64,000 nucleotides of DNA from Eledone cirrhosa (GCA_964016885.1 OZ024749.1:37448001-37512000); one strand, 5' to 3'. Shown: positions 44,380 to 60,229, counted from the stretch's first letter. Notes: generated by a model from the sequence alone, not told the origin. Numbers and translations are program-made.

Positions 44380-44584
44380 TGAAGTAAAGGTTAAGTGGAA
44401 ATATTCAAGAATAAGACCACTCAGTCCATAGGACGAGTTTAGTATAGATAATTACAACAGTGACTTAAACTCAAGTTTTGTTGGTACTCAGGTTTCATTG
44501 GGTTCTGGGCCACAACTTATTCAGTTTGTCATGAGAAAAACATGAACCCAATGGAACTTGAATAATTTATGTCATTGTTGTGAT

Positions 44585-44587
<3 letters not shown>
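44380..44587 (-). mobile_element. Old fold-back element related to family H3
   Basis: Arms 44448-44505 / 44544-44587; GAAAC-CTGA-GTA on minus strand; tail resembles 28060-28105. Confidence 0.55.
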
Positions 44588-44670
<83 letters not shown>

Positions 44671-45219
44671 TATGTATATATGTGTGCTTGTGTATAGTGA
44701 AAGATGGGTAGATAAAGATATGAAGGTAGAGAAGAAGAGCGAGAGAGAGTGAGAGAGAGAGAAAGATAAAGAGAAAGAGAGGGAGTTAGATTGTGAAGAG
44801 GAAAGAAACGGTTAATCAGCATATTATTGAATATACGTTCAATTAATTGAATTACTTCACTATATGTTGCATATGGAATCTAGAAGGGTGTACATAAAAC
44901 ATATTAAAAGATACACACACACACATACACTCACACATATATATACATATATGGAACTTTAGTAGAGAGATACACATGTTCCTGAATGCATGTATATTAT
45001 ATAATATTTATATATTTGATATTCGCTGAGCCATGTTTATCCTATCGTCTGATTTCGTCTCTCAAAGATCTTTGTTCAAACACCACTTCAATAATGGCTG
45101 CTATATATCTCTATGCATTTACTTTACGATACATCATTTATTGTTAACCATATGTTACTGTTTTACCATATTAGCGAGTTATATATATATATATATATTC
45201 ATATATGTATTTATATATG

Positions 45220-45298
<79 letters not shown>

Positions 45299-45620
45299 AT
45301 TTATGTATGTATATATATATATATATAAATATAGATACATACAATATATTTAAGTACTTAACCATGCATTAAATATTTTATCACACGATTGTTTACCATA
45401 TATTAACTATGTAAACATATCTAACATTTATCAGATTAAACCATACATAAGATATTAACTATTTAACCATGCATTAAATTGTATCATATTACTCTTAACC
45501 AAATATTGCTAATAGCTTAGGTTACGCAAATAGTTCCACCTTACCATGCATATATATATATATGTATATATATACATACATACATATATATATATATATA
45601 TGTGAGTGTGTATATATATA

Positions 45621-45680
<60 letters not shown>

Positions 45681-45681
45681 T

Positions 45682-45734
<53 letters not shown>

Positions 45735-47113
45735 AGTGGAAGCTTAGTAAAATCGAAGCTTTGGCTGCGGCCAAGCAAAGTCGACCTACAATTAGGAATG
45801 AGTAGCAAAGCACTCAATAAGGGTAGGTCGTTAGAGTAATAACATTACGTTTAAATAGCTTGACAAATTGAAAATTGCGGCAGGCAAAACCCAACCATAC
45901 AATACCAAAACAACGAAAAAACTAATCAGGTTAAACAACAGACTTATGTATGTATAAAGGAGTCGATTGGCAAATCGGACCAAAGAAACATTAGTCTTTC
46001 CATTACTGATTGTATCTGCCGGCAAAACTCCTGACAGACTATGCCATGTGAATTACAGCCTTTTTTCTTGGGAAGATATCACGTTGCTTTGTCCAGGCCT
46101 TGAAACCATGATATTATGTTCGTGTGTCCAACACGCTAACCAATTTGAAAATACGATATATTACTCTATGTATGCATCTACATATTTATATGTGTCTATA
46201 CATACGTACCATTGCCCATTTATAAATCTTATATATTTTGCACTGGTTTCTCAACGAGCAGTTTGAATAGGGGTCTTACATTTCACACATGGCTTGAGCA
46301 TTTTATTAACTTTGTATGAGACATTTAAAGCCTGGCAAAAACCATCACTCTCTCGGTCTGAAGGTAGACGATTCCTCCCTGATATATATAGAAAAAGAGC
46401 GAGAGAAAATAAGAAATAAATATAGATAAACGAATAGACTCTTTTACGAGACTGATAGCTTAATTATCAACCTCGATGGTGAATTGTAAAGTTGACTTCG
46501 ACGAAATTTGAACTTAAATGCAGCGAGCCCGACCAAGTACTTCCAATATTCTATCAAATGTTCTAAAGATGTTGCTGATTCGCTATATTTTGTGGTTTGG
46601 AAAAAATAGAATAACCTACTAATATAATATCCTTGTGTATTTGTCCGTCACAGAGATGATTGCGGAAGGAAGCCGAGGTTATGTCGATAGTGGAACGACT
46701 ATGGCGGTCCAGCGTTCTAAGATTCGTCACAGCTATGTGTTTGTATGTTTCTATCACTTGTGTGAGTGAGCACGAAGGAAACAACCAACCAACAAACAAA
46801 CACACAACTCTTTTTTATTTTATATATAGATATTATAATTACCCATCATTCATGAAGGCACGGGGCCAGCTAGTGCATGGCACAATAATCCTATTTCAAT
46901 ATATCCAGTAGTGCCACACATGGAAAAAACTTCGCATCTTTCATTCAGTACAACTTCTATTTTTCTTCCTTGTTTGACTGCTATTTTATTCTGTCGAATA
47001 AACTGGGATTGTGAATGATATACATCATGTATGTATGTATGTATGTATGTATGTATGTATGTATGTATGTATGTATGTATGTATGTATGTATGTATGTAT
47101 GTATGTATGTATG

Positions 47114-47700
47114 CTACTGGTAACATGTATTCCAGTACAACCTGTCCCATGGTCGGGTCGTTGGCGACTAAACTGGCAACCCCACCAAGGTTTCTTGGTG
47201 AGGAGGGTGACTTTGGACATCCTGCAGGACTAAAAACAAAACCTGTCAAAGGGCAAACGAGCTCTTATGAGTCAATGGCCATCCAAAATCACCGGGAGAG
47301 ATGATCCCTTAGCCTTTGTCAAGGCAGAATTCTAGGAGAAGGAAAACTCTGATATAACACCTGCAACTCTGATGGTATCCAATGATGTTGAGTTGTTCTT
47401 TTTGGTAAATATCATCTTGGTTAAGAGAGCGTCACTGGCTTTGTGCAGTGCCTTTGCTCACTATAAAAGCTTCACGGCACAGGCATTGCTTTATATCTGG
47501 AGATCTCTCTGCACTTGTCACATGGTACCATGGGCCCAGCACTATTTGTCAATAATTTTCACAAGTGTAGTGTTTGTACCAGAATTTTCAAGTCGCTGGC
47601 TGGACTAAAAAGTCACACTCGTTCAGCGCATCGGTAGGGGTTCTTCTACATGGATATAAAGTAGTGGCCGTACTCGAAAACGAGTTGGCAGCCACCACCA
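47114..47700. mobile_element. ~590-bp non-coding dispersed repeat inside (TATG)n
   Basis: Longer copy of 1162-1533; both flanks are (TATG)n. Confidence 0.8.
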
Positions 47701-48007
47701 TGTATGTATGTATGTATGTATGTATGTATGTATGTATGTATGTATGTATGTATGTATGTATGTATGCATGTATGTATGTATGGATGGATGAATATATGGA
47801 TGGATGCGTGTATATGTGCATACATGTAAGTATTATGTATGTATATATGGATGCATGCTTGCATGTACATGCGTTTGTATGTATGTTTGCATGTGTATAT
47901 GAATGTCTACATACATACATGCATATATATATACACAAACATAGATACACGCACACACATATATATGTATATATATATATTTATATGTATACATATATGT
48001 ATATATA

Positions 48008-48046
<39 letters not shown>

Positions 48047-48048
48047 AA

Positions 48049-48079
<31 letters not shown>

Positions 48080-48987
48080 CATATATAAATATATATATAT
48101 ATATATATGGATCTACTTAAGTACATTTAGTCAAAATTACATTAAGATATTATATAACCGTCTAAATTGAACCAGATTTGGTTTCATATGTACCAATGTA
48201 TCAAACGCGATATACAGCTCCAGCAAACCCCCTCCACACCCTCATTGGCGCCTGATATTTCGTTTGAAATTATCATTAATACTATTATAGTGTGACGTTA
48301 TTATCATTATTATTTTTATTATTGCTCTTATTATTGTTATTGTTGTTATTATTATTATTATTGATTTATTTTATTGTTATTTATTATCATTCAATATCAT
48401 CGTCATCATCGTCATCATCATCATCATCATCTTCATCGTCTTTATTTTTATCGTCATCATCAGCATCGTCATCGTCATCATCGTCATCATTATCGTCATT
48501 GTCATCATCATCATGGTCATCAAGAAACCGAAACTAACGCCAACGCCACTGCACTTTATCCTAACAACCTCGTCATCATTATCACCATGAACTTCACTAA
48601 ATCGACAACTTCCTCCCCTCTTCCCTCCCCCCTCCCCCTTCCCTCCTCCTCCTCTTCCCTCCCCCCTCCCCTCCCCCTCCTCCTCCTCTTTCTTCCTGAT
48701 CATCTGCTATACGATGTCAGTGTTACTTTTAAATAAATATTTGAAATACGTTTATATTACAGATGGTCTTCCATATATTAAATACATGTACTTAACTTGT
48801 TATTTTCTACACACTGCGCACCAGGACACACACACGTATACACACACGTATACACACACGTACACACACACACGCATGTACACACAGATACATATGCATA
48901 CAAACATGAACCCACCAGAAAGATACACATATATATATATATACACACATAGACACGTATATACAAACACAGAAACATGTATACACA

Positions 48988-49091
<104 letters not shown>

Positions 49092-49269
49092 TATATTCAC
49101 AAAGATATATCCTAATCATACACCATCTTGTATATATATATATAAGGAAAGGTAAGCCAGACACGTTATACAACTTTATATATATATAAAATAAATTCAA
49201 TATACTATTAATTTATCGCTCATATATACAGATGCTTGCTCACAGTCATAAAATTACACTCTTATACGC

Positions 49270-49322
<53 letters not shown>

Positions 49323-49343
49323 ACGTATATATATATACAAACA

Positions 49344-49377
<34 letters not shown>

Positions 49378-49389
49378 TGTATATGTACA

Positions 49390-49517
<128 letters not shown>

Positions 49518-49778
49518 CAAGTATATATACACACATGCGTATAGTTTTATATACATACATATATTTGGAATTACAGCCAGATGCAGCTGAAATCTCTCAC
49601 ACGGAATTTAAGTTGTAAGAGTATTCGAAATAACTATAAACACACTAATACTGTTATATACACTCACACATCACATACATTCACACACACACAGACACTC
49701 ACGAGCCCGTACACAAGCAAACTCAAATACTCACACACACCCCAGCACTGAAATATACACACGAACACACACACAGAC

Positions 49779-49830
<52 letters not shown>

Positions 49831-50140
49831 GGTTAAATCTCATAGAAACCTGCAAAATGTTGCAAATATATGCAAATATTTTCGTTTATATATCCCTACA
49901 TACACGCGTGGGTATATACCAACATTCCCACAAACAAATGCCAATATGTATTTATATGCGTTTATATATATATATATATACATATATAGCATATGTTGGA
50001 TAATGTAGTACTTAATAACCTTATAAAGACGGGATAGTCATGGCTGGAATGCTTCTGATGATATGTTTGCTCAATTAAGATTAAATATATATATACACAC
50101 ATATATACGTATGTATATATACACAAACACACACACACAC

Positions 50141-50203
<63 letters not shown>

Positions 50204-50882
50204 TTTGTGTGAAGAAAAATACTGGAGAAAAACATAAATATATTGTTTCATTGTTGATATTGACGTATGTAATACCCGTAAATATAGTTTGTTTGATTTT
50301 CAAAATGGCGTATAATAGACGGAAAGAAATTATTTCCCAGTTGCACATTATAACTAAATCTATCTCCATAAACTGTAATAGATTCTTCACACGACTTCTT
50401 AGTCACGAAACCATTTAGGGGTAATATTCTATCAATATTTCACTCTACAAAAGTTTTCACTCTACACTAATGTTTAATCTACATTAATATAGATTATCTA
50501 TGATAATGTTTAGTCTGCAGTAAATATATACTGTATACCCATTGTGAACTCTTACAATAATGTTTACTTTACATCAATGTTCACTGTGTATCAATTCTCT
50601 CTCTATACGAATGCTAACTTTGTCTCATTGTAAACTCTAAATCAATGTCTATACTACAGCATATACTTTCTCTACAGAAATAGTCACTTTACAATATTAT
50701 TCACTCCATGAACAATATTTTAAATTGCAGCCACGCCATAATTTGTACCGATTAAATTAGCTTTAGCAACAAGTTAAAAAGTCTGTAAAACCACAGAGAT
50801 ATCTTTAAATGAAAGTTTTTGACATTTGGCTGGTTGAAAATTGTTGATATCTGTAAATTCATTCCTCGTGTTCAACGTATAA

Positions 50883-51201
50883 CAGGGGCGTGTAACAGGC
50901 GGCACACGGGTCGCAATCCGGCCCGGCAGAGAAGTTAGAGTGGCCCGCGAAGACCGTTTTTAATTTTTACCTTGTAGGCTTATTTAGAATGTTTTTCCTC
51001 ACCGTAATACAATTTTCTGTTAGTTGACCTATACTAATGGGCTTCACTGATAGGGTTATGTGTGTTATAATTTTCCAGTTCCATGATATGGAAAGAAGTT
51101 GTGCTGAATCTTTGAAATAGTGCTTGATAAATATTAATGGGCCTAATAATTGTTCCAATGTTCAAAAGTGGCCCGCCAATTGTATATGTTGCACACCCCT
51201 G
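50883..51201. mobile_element. hAT-like MITE (319 bp)
   Basis: TIRs CAGGGGCGTGTAAC / GTTGCACACCCCTG, subterminal GGCCCG motifs; 8-bp flanks do not match (ACGTATAA vs CTCTACAC). Confidence 0.72.
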
Positions 51202-51249
51202 CTCTACACTAATGTTTACTCTACAATGATCTTAACTCTACATTATTGT

Positions 51250-52955
51250 GCACTCTACAACAATATTCACGTTACGTCAATATTTGTTCTATAGTGTTGT
51301 TTACTCTACAACAATATTCACGTTACGTCAATATTTGTTCTATAGCGTTGTTTACTCTACAACAATATTCACGTTACGTCAATATTTGTTCTATAGCGTT
51401 GTTTACTCTACAACAATATTCACGTTACGTCAATATTTGTTCTATAGTGTTGTTTACTCTACAACAATATTCACGTTACGTCAATATTTGTTCTATAGTG
51501 TTGTTTACTCTACAACAATATTCACGTTACGTCAATATTTGTTAAATAGTGTTGTTTACTCTACAACAATATTCACGTTACGTCAATATTTGTTCTATAG
51601 TGTTGTTTACTCTACAACAATATTCACGTTACGTCAATATTTGTTCTATAGCGTTGTTTACTCTACAACAATATTCACGTTACGTCAATATTTGTTCTAT
51701 AGTGTTGTTCACTCTACAACAATATTCACGTTACGTCAATATTTGTTCTATAGTGTTGTTTACTCTACAACAATATTCACGTTACGTCAATATTTGTTAA
51801 ATAGTGTTGTTCACTCTACAACAATATTCACGTTACGTCAATATTTGTTCTATAGTGTTGTTTACTCTATAACAATATTCACGTTATGTCAATATTTGTT
51901 CTATAGTGTTGTTTACTCTACAACAATATTCACGTTACGTCAATATTTGTTCTATAGTGTGGTTTACTCTACAACAATATTCACGTTACGTCAATATTTG
52001 TTAAATAGTGTTGTTCACTCTACAACAATATTCACGTTACGTCAATATTTGTTCTATAGTGTTGTTTACTCTACAACAATATTCACGTTACGTCAATATT
52101 TGTTCTATAGCGTTGTTTACTCTACAACAATATTCACGTTACGTCAATATTTGTTCTATAGCGTTGTTCACTCTACAACAATATTCACGTTACGTCAATA
52201 TTTGTTCTATAGTGTTGTTTACTCTACAACAATATTCACGTTACGTCAATATTTGTTAAATAGTGTTGTTCACTCTACAACAATATTCACGTTACGTCAA
52301 TATTTGTTCTATAGTGTTGTTTACTCTACAACAATATTCACGTTACGTCAATATTTGTTCTATAGTGTTGTTTACTCTACAACAATATTCACGTTACGTC
52401 AATATTTGTTCTATAGTGTTGTTTACTCTACAACAATATTCACGTTAGGTCAATATTTGTTCTATAGTGTTGTTCACTCTACAACAATATTCACGTTACA
52501 TCAATATTTGTTCTATAGTGTTGTTTACTCTACAACAATATTCACGTTACGTCAATATTTGTTCTATAGTGTTGTTCACTCTACAACAATATTCACGTTA
52601 CGTCAATATTTGTTAAATAGTGTTGTTTACTCTACAACAATATCCACGTTACGTCAATATTTGTTGTATAGTGTTGTTTACTCTACAACAATATTCACGT
52701 TACGTCGATATTTGTTCTATAGCGTTGTTTACTCTACAACAATATTCACGTTACGTCAATATTTGTTCTATAGTGTTGTTTACTCTACAACAATATTCAC
52801 GTTACGTCAATATTTGTTCTATAGTGTTGTTCACTCTACAACAATATTCACGTTACATCAATATTTGTTAAATAGTGTTGTTCCCTCTACAACAATATTC
52901 ACATTACATCAATATTTGTTAAATAGTGTTGTTCACTCTACAACAATGTTTACTC
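51250..52955. repeat. 51-bp tandem repeat, about 33 copies
   Basis: Unit ACTCTACAACAATATTCACGTTACGTCAATATTTGTTCTATAGTGTTGTTT, highly homogeneous. Confidence 0.98.
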
Positions 52956-54421
52956 ACCCCCACGTAAAAATTATAAATATGAAATAAAAAGAAAAATGTT
53001 TTAGCAGGGTGTGTGTGAGGATGGATGTCACAGAGGAGGCATATTTTTGGGTGGTGTAATGTTAGTAGCCTCATGCTTTTCCCCCAAGTATTAGCGAGGT
53101 TACTTATAGTAAAATGGTCTTATCACCCGGGAATTGAACCCGCCTTGCGGTCTAGTCTTGCCGGGAAGTTATCTCATGCTCGGCGGGGCCTAGCATGCAA
53201 ACAACAGAACATCAGATAAAAAAACAATAAATAAATAAATAAAAGACAATGAAACAAATATAAAAATAAATACAACCTAAAACAGAAACAACAACAAACA
53301 ACTAGATGTAGAACGTTAATGGGTTGCTACAGCAAGGCCTTAATTTGTGTCGAGTAAATTAACTACAGATAAAAAGTTAGCAACAACTTAGAAAGTCTGT
53401 AAAATCACAGAGATATCTTTAAATGAAAGTATTAGGCACTCTGTGGAAAATAGCTGGTTGAAAATTGTTGATATCTGTGAAAATACCAGTGTATAAAAAT
53501 GCTCTGATGCCTTCAAGTAAAACCTTTTCCCTATTTTTTTTCTCTCTATGTATATATGTTTTTGTTTTCGTTGATGTTTTTTTCTTCGCTAGTTGTAGAA
53601 TCGTTGAAACGGTAAATTCATTCCTCCTGTATTAACCCCAAGAGATAAAACAAACTTACAGATCCCTTAGAAGTCTTGAAACGAGTATCAAATTGAAGAG
53701 AAGAACTTCAGGATTGGAATAAAATGTCTTGTTAGAGATGTTTTGTTTATTTATTTTTTCTCCACTAGAGCGTTTCCACTCCATTTCTTAGCAACGGAAT
53801 TCAGAAGGAATACAAGTGACTACAACAACGATAGTAACAACAAGAACAACGACGAAACAACAACAACAACAACAACAACAACAAAAAACAACGACGATAA
53901 CAAAACAAAAACAATAACAACGACGATGATGCCAACAACACCGGCGAAAGCCACAGCAGAATCACAATAACCATAAAGCAACAACAATACTGACAACAAC
54001 AGCAATAACAACAACAATGACGACAACAATAACAAAAGTAATAACAACAACAACTTCAACACTGTCAACGACAAAGATCGACTGGAATGTCGAGATTCCA
54101 GATGATAATTTGAAATTTCTGCTCCTTCTGCAATCTTTATATAACCGTTTTTACCCAAAATGCAATATCAAGCAGCCACATTTTCAATGAGAATTCGCCG
54201 GTGAATTTTATTTAATATTTTATTACGTTTTACATTTTTTACTGAGGGAATCGACTTAAGCAGACTAATTTTCCTGAATATAAGAAACACCTAGAACAAG
54301 AACAAAACAGAAAATACTTCAAAATTGTGAGCCACATGTATTTATGTATTTTTTACAGTAGATGAATGCAATAACAGATACCATTAGTCTGTCATGGAGT
54401 CGACTTCAACTCTTACAATAA

Positions 54422-55030
54422 TTGTTTCTACTTTTGGCACAAGGCCAGCAATTACCCAGTACATTACTGGTACTTTATTTTATAGACACCGGAAAAATAA
54501 AATACAAAGGTGACATCGACTGGATTTGTACGTAGACAACCAGACGGAATATTATTAAGCAGACTAACCGACAATTTAATGAATCTACCAATCCATCGTT
54601 CTTAGCAAACCTATAAGGAAAGATGTCCAGAAGTGGCCATGTCATATGATTTTGTATACGTTTAGGCAGTGGTCACCCAAAAGCCATAATCAAATATATC
54701 GTTATTCTGTTGAGACGATATGGTGCAATAAGATTTAGCTGGCAATTCTGGTCAGCAAAGTACGCCCCTCCAGTAAATAGCCGAAAATTTAGAAATTATG
54801 CGAACAGTTGGTTTTAGTAGAATAAAAGGGCTTTTTATAATCATAGGTGGCGAATTGGCAGAGTCGTTAAAACGTCTGAGAGAGAGCAAGTCCCATGGAT
54901 GACTTTCATCCCTTCGAGGACGATTAAAAAAGTACTAGTCAAGTATAATTGTTTCTACTTTAGGCACAAGGCCAGCAATTAACCAGTGCATTACTGGTAC
55001 TTTATTTTATCGACCCCGTCAGGATGAAAG
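54422..55030. mobile_element. Cluster of degenerate SINE A copies
   Basis: 54422-54600 (-), 54845-54945 (+), 54949-55030 (-). Confidence 0.7.
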
Positions 55031-55227
55031 TCAAGTATAATAGTGGATTCTTCCTCTATATCTCTTTCTAACTTCCATTCTCTCACTCTCTATCCTTCTC
55101 TGTAAGAAATCTCCTCTATTTAGACCCGGAGAGGAGATGGCCACCGCCAGGTTTTAAAATGCCCTAGAAACACCCTGCTTCAATACGGCGTCCCTAAGAC
55201 CCCCTCAGGAATTACGGGACCATGCAA

Positions 55228-55288
<61 letters not shown>

Positions 55289-55307
55289 AATATATATATA
55301 TATTTAA

Positions 55308-55344
<37 letters not shown>

Positions 55345-55363
55345 AATATATATATATATTTAA

Positions 55364-55428
<65 letters not shown>

Positions 55429-55462
55429 AATATATATATATATTTAAATATATATATATATT

Positions 55463-55584
<122 letters not shown>

Positions 55585-55654
55585 AATATATATATATATA
55601 TATATATATTTAAATATATATATATATATATATATATTTAAATATATATATATT

Positions 55655-55727
<73 letters not shown>

Positions 55728-55728
<1 letters not shown>

Positions 55729-55895
55729 ACAAAGGAATTGTGGTAAGGAACCAGATGGACCATAACGCACCAGAGTACTCAATACTTAGGGTAGTAGAAT
55801 GGGAAATAGGAAAAGCCGATTCGACTGCTATTTCTGGACAGAAATAGCAGTCGAATCGGCTTGAGCTCTGACGTCGGGGTAATACTTTTTCCTAT
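55728..55895 (-). mobile_element. Family H2 fold-back element, copy 2 (internal deletion in one arm)
   Basis: Same tail as 26823-26900; hairpin AAGCCGATTCGACTGCTATTTCTG-GA-CAGAAATAGCAGTCGAATCGGCTT. Confidence 0.85.
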
Positions 55896-56436
55896 ATATA
55901 TATATATATGTGTGTGTGTAAATATAGGCCTTTCCCCACTTGAAAACCTTCAAAGCTCAGGCATTGCTTGTTCAGGATCTGTTACAGGTACGTCTGGCCG
56001 GCCGTAGCCTAAAAGTACACCAAACTCTATAATCTGACAAGTGATTGCAATATTCTTAGCAGAGTTTGCAACCATCATACATATACACACACACAGACAC
56101 ACACACGCGCGCGCACACACACAGATATATATATATATATACATATATAATATATATATATAGCAGGAAGAGGGTCTTAACGTTTCGGACGCTAGTTCTT
56201 CAGCAGAAGAAACAATGAGAAATAAGATAGATTGAGGGGACGGGCGGGTTGGAATTGGAAAAAATGTCTTTAGTTAAAAATAACAAGTCCATTCATGTTG
56301 ACATCTCTGGCAAAATTGTTGGTGCTGGCGTTTTGTGTATGATTTATTTTTTAGAAAAGTGGATGATGGAACGCGTCTACCTGAAATGGAAAAAAAACGT
56401 TTTGAAAAAAGAGCTATACTTGTGCCCGTGCGTAAG

Positions 56437-56469
<33 letters not shown>

Positions 56470-56813
56470 CGGTGTGTGTGTGGATGTGGGTGTTATTATA
56501 CGTCCGTACGAAGCTAAGAGGAAATGTGTGTGTATATGTGAGTAAAAGAGTGTGTGTGAATGTGAGTACGAAGCTATGAGCAAAAGTATGTTAATATAAG
56601 GGTGTGGATATGTGTATACAGAGCGGTGAAGGGAAAAGTGGAGCGAGCATATATAATCGGTCTGTATTAGAGGTAAGAGAAGATGTTAATGATCTAGAGA
56701 AAGCGATAGGAATCAAGGGGTGAATGTACAAGCGCGTGTAATAATGGACGGGGTATTAGAGAAATTGGGGAGGTGAGATGAGTCCAAGAAGGGAATAGGA
56801 CCCAAGGCGGTGA

Positions 56814-56861
<48 letters not shown>

Positions 56862-57180
56862 TGTATACACGTATGTTGTTGGGGTGTTTTAAAAGTACAT
56901 ATGCATACATGTATTTGTTGTGAAACTGAAGAACCGCATCATAAACACTCTGGGAATTGCTGGGTGTTCTTTCCGTTGACTGTAGGTGATAATTTACATA
57001 AATAAGAGCATACACACCTATGAAAAAACATGAGGCCATACATGTCTGAGTAAAAACAATTATATTTACTGAATGTGGAGCTCACTTAATCGAGGAAAAA
57101 AGTGTTATGAATATATACGTATCTGTATGTATGCATATAAGTATGTGTATGTATATATATATTTATATATATATGGAATG

Positions 57181-57298
57181 AAGGCGTGTGGCTGAGTGGT
57201 TAGAGAATTGGATTCGCAATCGTAAGGTTGTGAGTTAGATTCCTGGACCAGGCGATGCGTTATGTCCTTGAGCAAGACACTTTATTTCACGTTACTCC
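57181..57298 (+). mobile_element. tRNA-derived SINE, family B
   Basis: A-box TGGCTGAGTGGTTAGAG, B-box-like GAGTTAGATTCC, GTCCTTGAGCAAGACACTTTA. Confidence 0.78.
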
Positions 57299-57535
57299 TT
57301 CTACCTGGAGTTGCGACCGATAGATAGTATTAGCAATTGGAAAGACCAACGGAAACATTGTTCCCTCGGTCCGATTTGACGAAAGTCGATCGTTAGAAAA
57401 AAAATATATGGAATAGAATGAAACAAAATTTCATTTCTCACTCTTAGTACGGCACATACTTACATATATATATATGTATGTATATCTATCTATCTATCTA
57501 TCTATATATATATAACTTTATATATATATATGTAC

Positions 57536-57582
<47 letters not shown>

Positions 57583-57647
57583 ATATATATATATATGTAT
57601 ATATACCTTTATATATATATATAAACTTTAATCAGTTATTTTAATAA

Positions 57648-57735
<88 letters not shown>

Positions 57736-57935
57736 GTATATATGTGTGTGTGTGTGTGTGTGTACACTCGATAAATATATATCACGACTGACGCGTCAGA
57801 TTTTTTCGAAACTCAAAATCGTTATTTCACATTTTTTTGTTTCATTCTAATATTCATATTCATATTTGCCTAAATCTCTCCACCATTCCCTCTACCATCT
57901 CTCTCACTCTCTCTACCTCACTCTTACTGTGTATA

Positions 57936-57998
<63 letters not shown>

Positions 57999-58049
57999 GC
58001 ACACAAACATATATATATGTATATATACATATACATTCATATATATGTA

Positions 58050-58156
<107 letters not shown>

Positions 58157-58204
58157 GTGCAATAATTGCTTATATATATATATCTTCAAATAAGTATATA
58201 GTAT

Positions 58205-58246
<42 letters not shown>

Positions 58247-58386
58247 GTGTATATAAATGTATATATTCAATTTAAGCTTAACCAAAAAGAAGTCTATGAA
58301 ACTATTTTACATGATTGTTTGCGTTATCCATGTATTTGTATATTTAATTCGATATAATTCTGTCCTCTTTTATTTTTACACATTAG

Positions 58387-58463
<77 letters not shown>

Positions 58464-58465
<2 letters not shown>

Positions 58466-58655
58466 CGGAGGAAATGTGGTAAGGAACCAGGTGGACCATA
58501 ACGCACCAAAGTACTCAATACTTAGGGTAGTAGAGTGGGTAATAGGATCGAGTAGGACCCCGACGGCTGAGCTCAAGCCGTTTCGACGGCTAATTCTGGA
58601 GAATTAGCCGTCGAAACGGCTTGAGCTCAGCCGTCGGGGTCCTACTCGTTCCTAT
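58464..58655 (-). mobile_element. Family H2 fold-back element, copy 3
   Basis: Tail plus palindrome centred at about 58598; (TA)n flanks. Confidence 0.88.
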
Positions 58656-58671
58656 ATACATATATATATAT

Positions 58672-58884
58672 AACGAAGGAAGTGTGGTATGGATTCAGGT
58701 GGACCATAACGCACCAGAGTACGCAATACTTAGGGTAGTAGAGTTGGTAATAGGAGATTGTTCAAGACCCCGACGGCAGAGCTCAAGCCGTTTCGACGGC
58801 TATTTCTGGACTAAAATCTAATTTAATCCAGAAATATCCGTCGAAACGGCTTGGGCTTTGCCTTCCGGGTCTTGAACAAGTTCC

Positions 58885-58887
<3 letters not shown>
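58672..58887 (-). mobile_element. Family H2 fold-back element, copy 4
   Basis: Adjacent copy separated by a short TA tract; longer loop ACTAAAATCTAATTTAAT. Confidence 0.85.
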
Positions 58888-58937
<50 letters not shown>

Positions 58938-59041
58938 GCACATATTTATATATGTGTCTAATGCATTCGAGGAAATACAACACAAGGGAACGATACAGTA
59001 CAATGAATATATCTGTTTAACGCTAGATATATTAGGAAATG

Positions 59042-59083
59042 AACCTTGATATTTCGGGCGTTAAATCCTTCATCAGATGATTG
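59042..59083 (-). ncRNA. Degenerate minimal hammerhead motif
   Basis: AAUCAU-CUGAUGA-AGG-AUUUAACG-CCC-GAAA-UA-UC/AAGGUU; stem I has a mismatch. Confidence 0.45.
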
Positions 59084-59153
59084 AGATACAGGAGAAGAAG
59101 AAATAGAAAGATAGGTCCAAGGAAGAAGGGTCGCAAACTTCAACACTCACACA

Positions 59154-59216
<63 letters not shown>

Positions 59217-59927
59217 CAGGAGTATCCCTATCTCCACCATGAAACCAACGCTACAGTATGTTTGTCAAATAAACATGACTTTGAATTACAATTCCTTTGG
59301 GATATATAGAGCAAATGTATCCCCAAACTGTTTGCTATAACATTTACAATAGATTTTAGAAGTGAAATTTTCAGAATTTAAATATTAAACTTGCTGACAA
59401 TATTTTTTCATATCCTGTCTGCCGTCTCATTAGTATAGTGATATTGTTGATATCATTATTGATAATGTTGTTGTCGTTGTTGCTGCTGCTGCTGCTGATT
59501 CTGCTGCTGTTGTTGTTGTTGTTGTTGTTGTTGTCATTTTGTATCATTGTGCAGTTAATTTTTTTTCCTAGCACGTTTGAAGTATTTTTGAATTCACATT
59601 CTGTTTCCGCTATCATTATTACGAATATTATTGTTATTATTATAATCATTATTATTGTTATTATTATTATCATTATTTTTATTATTATTATCATTATATT
59701 TATTATTATTATTATTATTATAATTATTATTATTATTATGTTGATGTTTTTGTGTTCTAACTTATTTATTACTTGCTTAAATTTCTTATTTATTTATTAG
59801 TCGATATTTATTTATCATTTATATATTATTTAATTATTTTTTCTGAAAATCCTCTTTGATTTCTCTGTAAATGTCTTTTTATTTGATTTATATTACTTTC
59901 CCATATATATATAAATATATATATGTG

Positions 59928-59997
<70 letters not shown>

Positions 59998-60229
59998 CAC
60001 ATATATATATGTATATATATATACATACATACATATCTAAGTATATCTAGGAGAGTTTTATTTTATTGAAGTCTTAATTTCTCTTGGAGGATTGGAAGCA
60101 CGATTTGAGGAAGGATTAGAAAAAAACCCAGCCACGCTTTTATTGAGTGTTCCTGCCTATCGTATCTGTGTAGGTTTCTTTTAATCACACACCGTGTGTA
60201 TGGCACAAACACACTCTCACACACACTAG

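Noticed and set aside
46615-46831. Helitron-like ends (...CAAACAAAC...TATATATAGAT), also at 32465-32516
   Set aside because: Only a weak terminal resemblance; no 3' hairpin/CTRR end or Rep-helicase sequence found
51248-52987. 579-aa ORF of 17-aa repeats
   Set aside because: The 51-bp unit is a multiple of 3 and happens to be stop-free in one frame; GTG start, no domain, no splice evidence
57181-57255. tRNA gene
   Set aside because: No complete cloverleaf; it continues into a SINE body shared with 657-778
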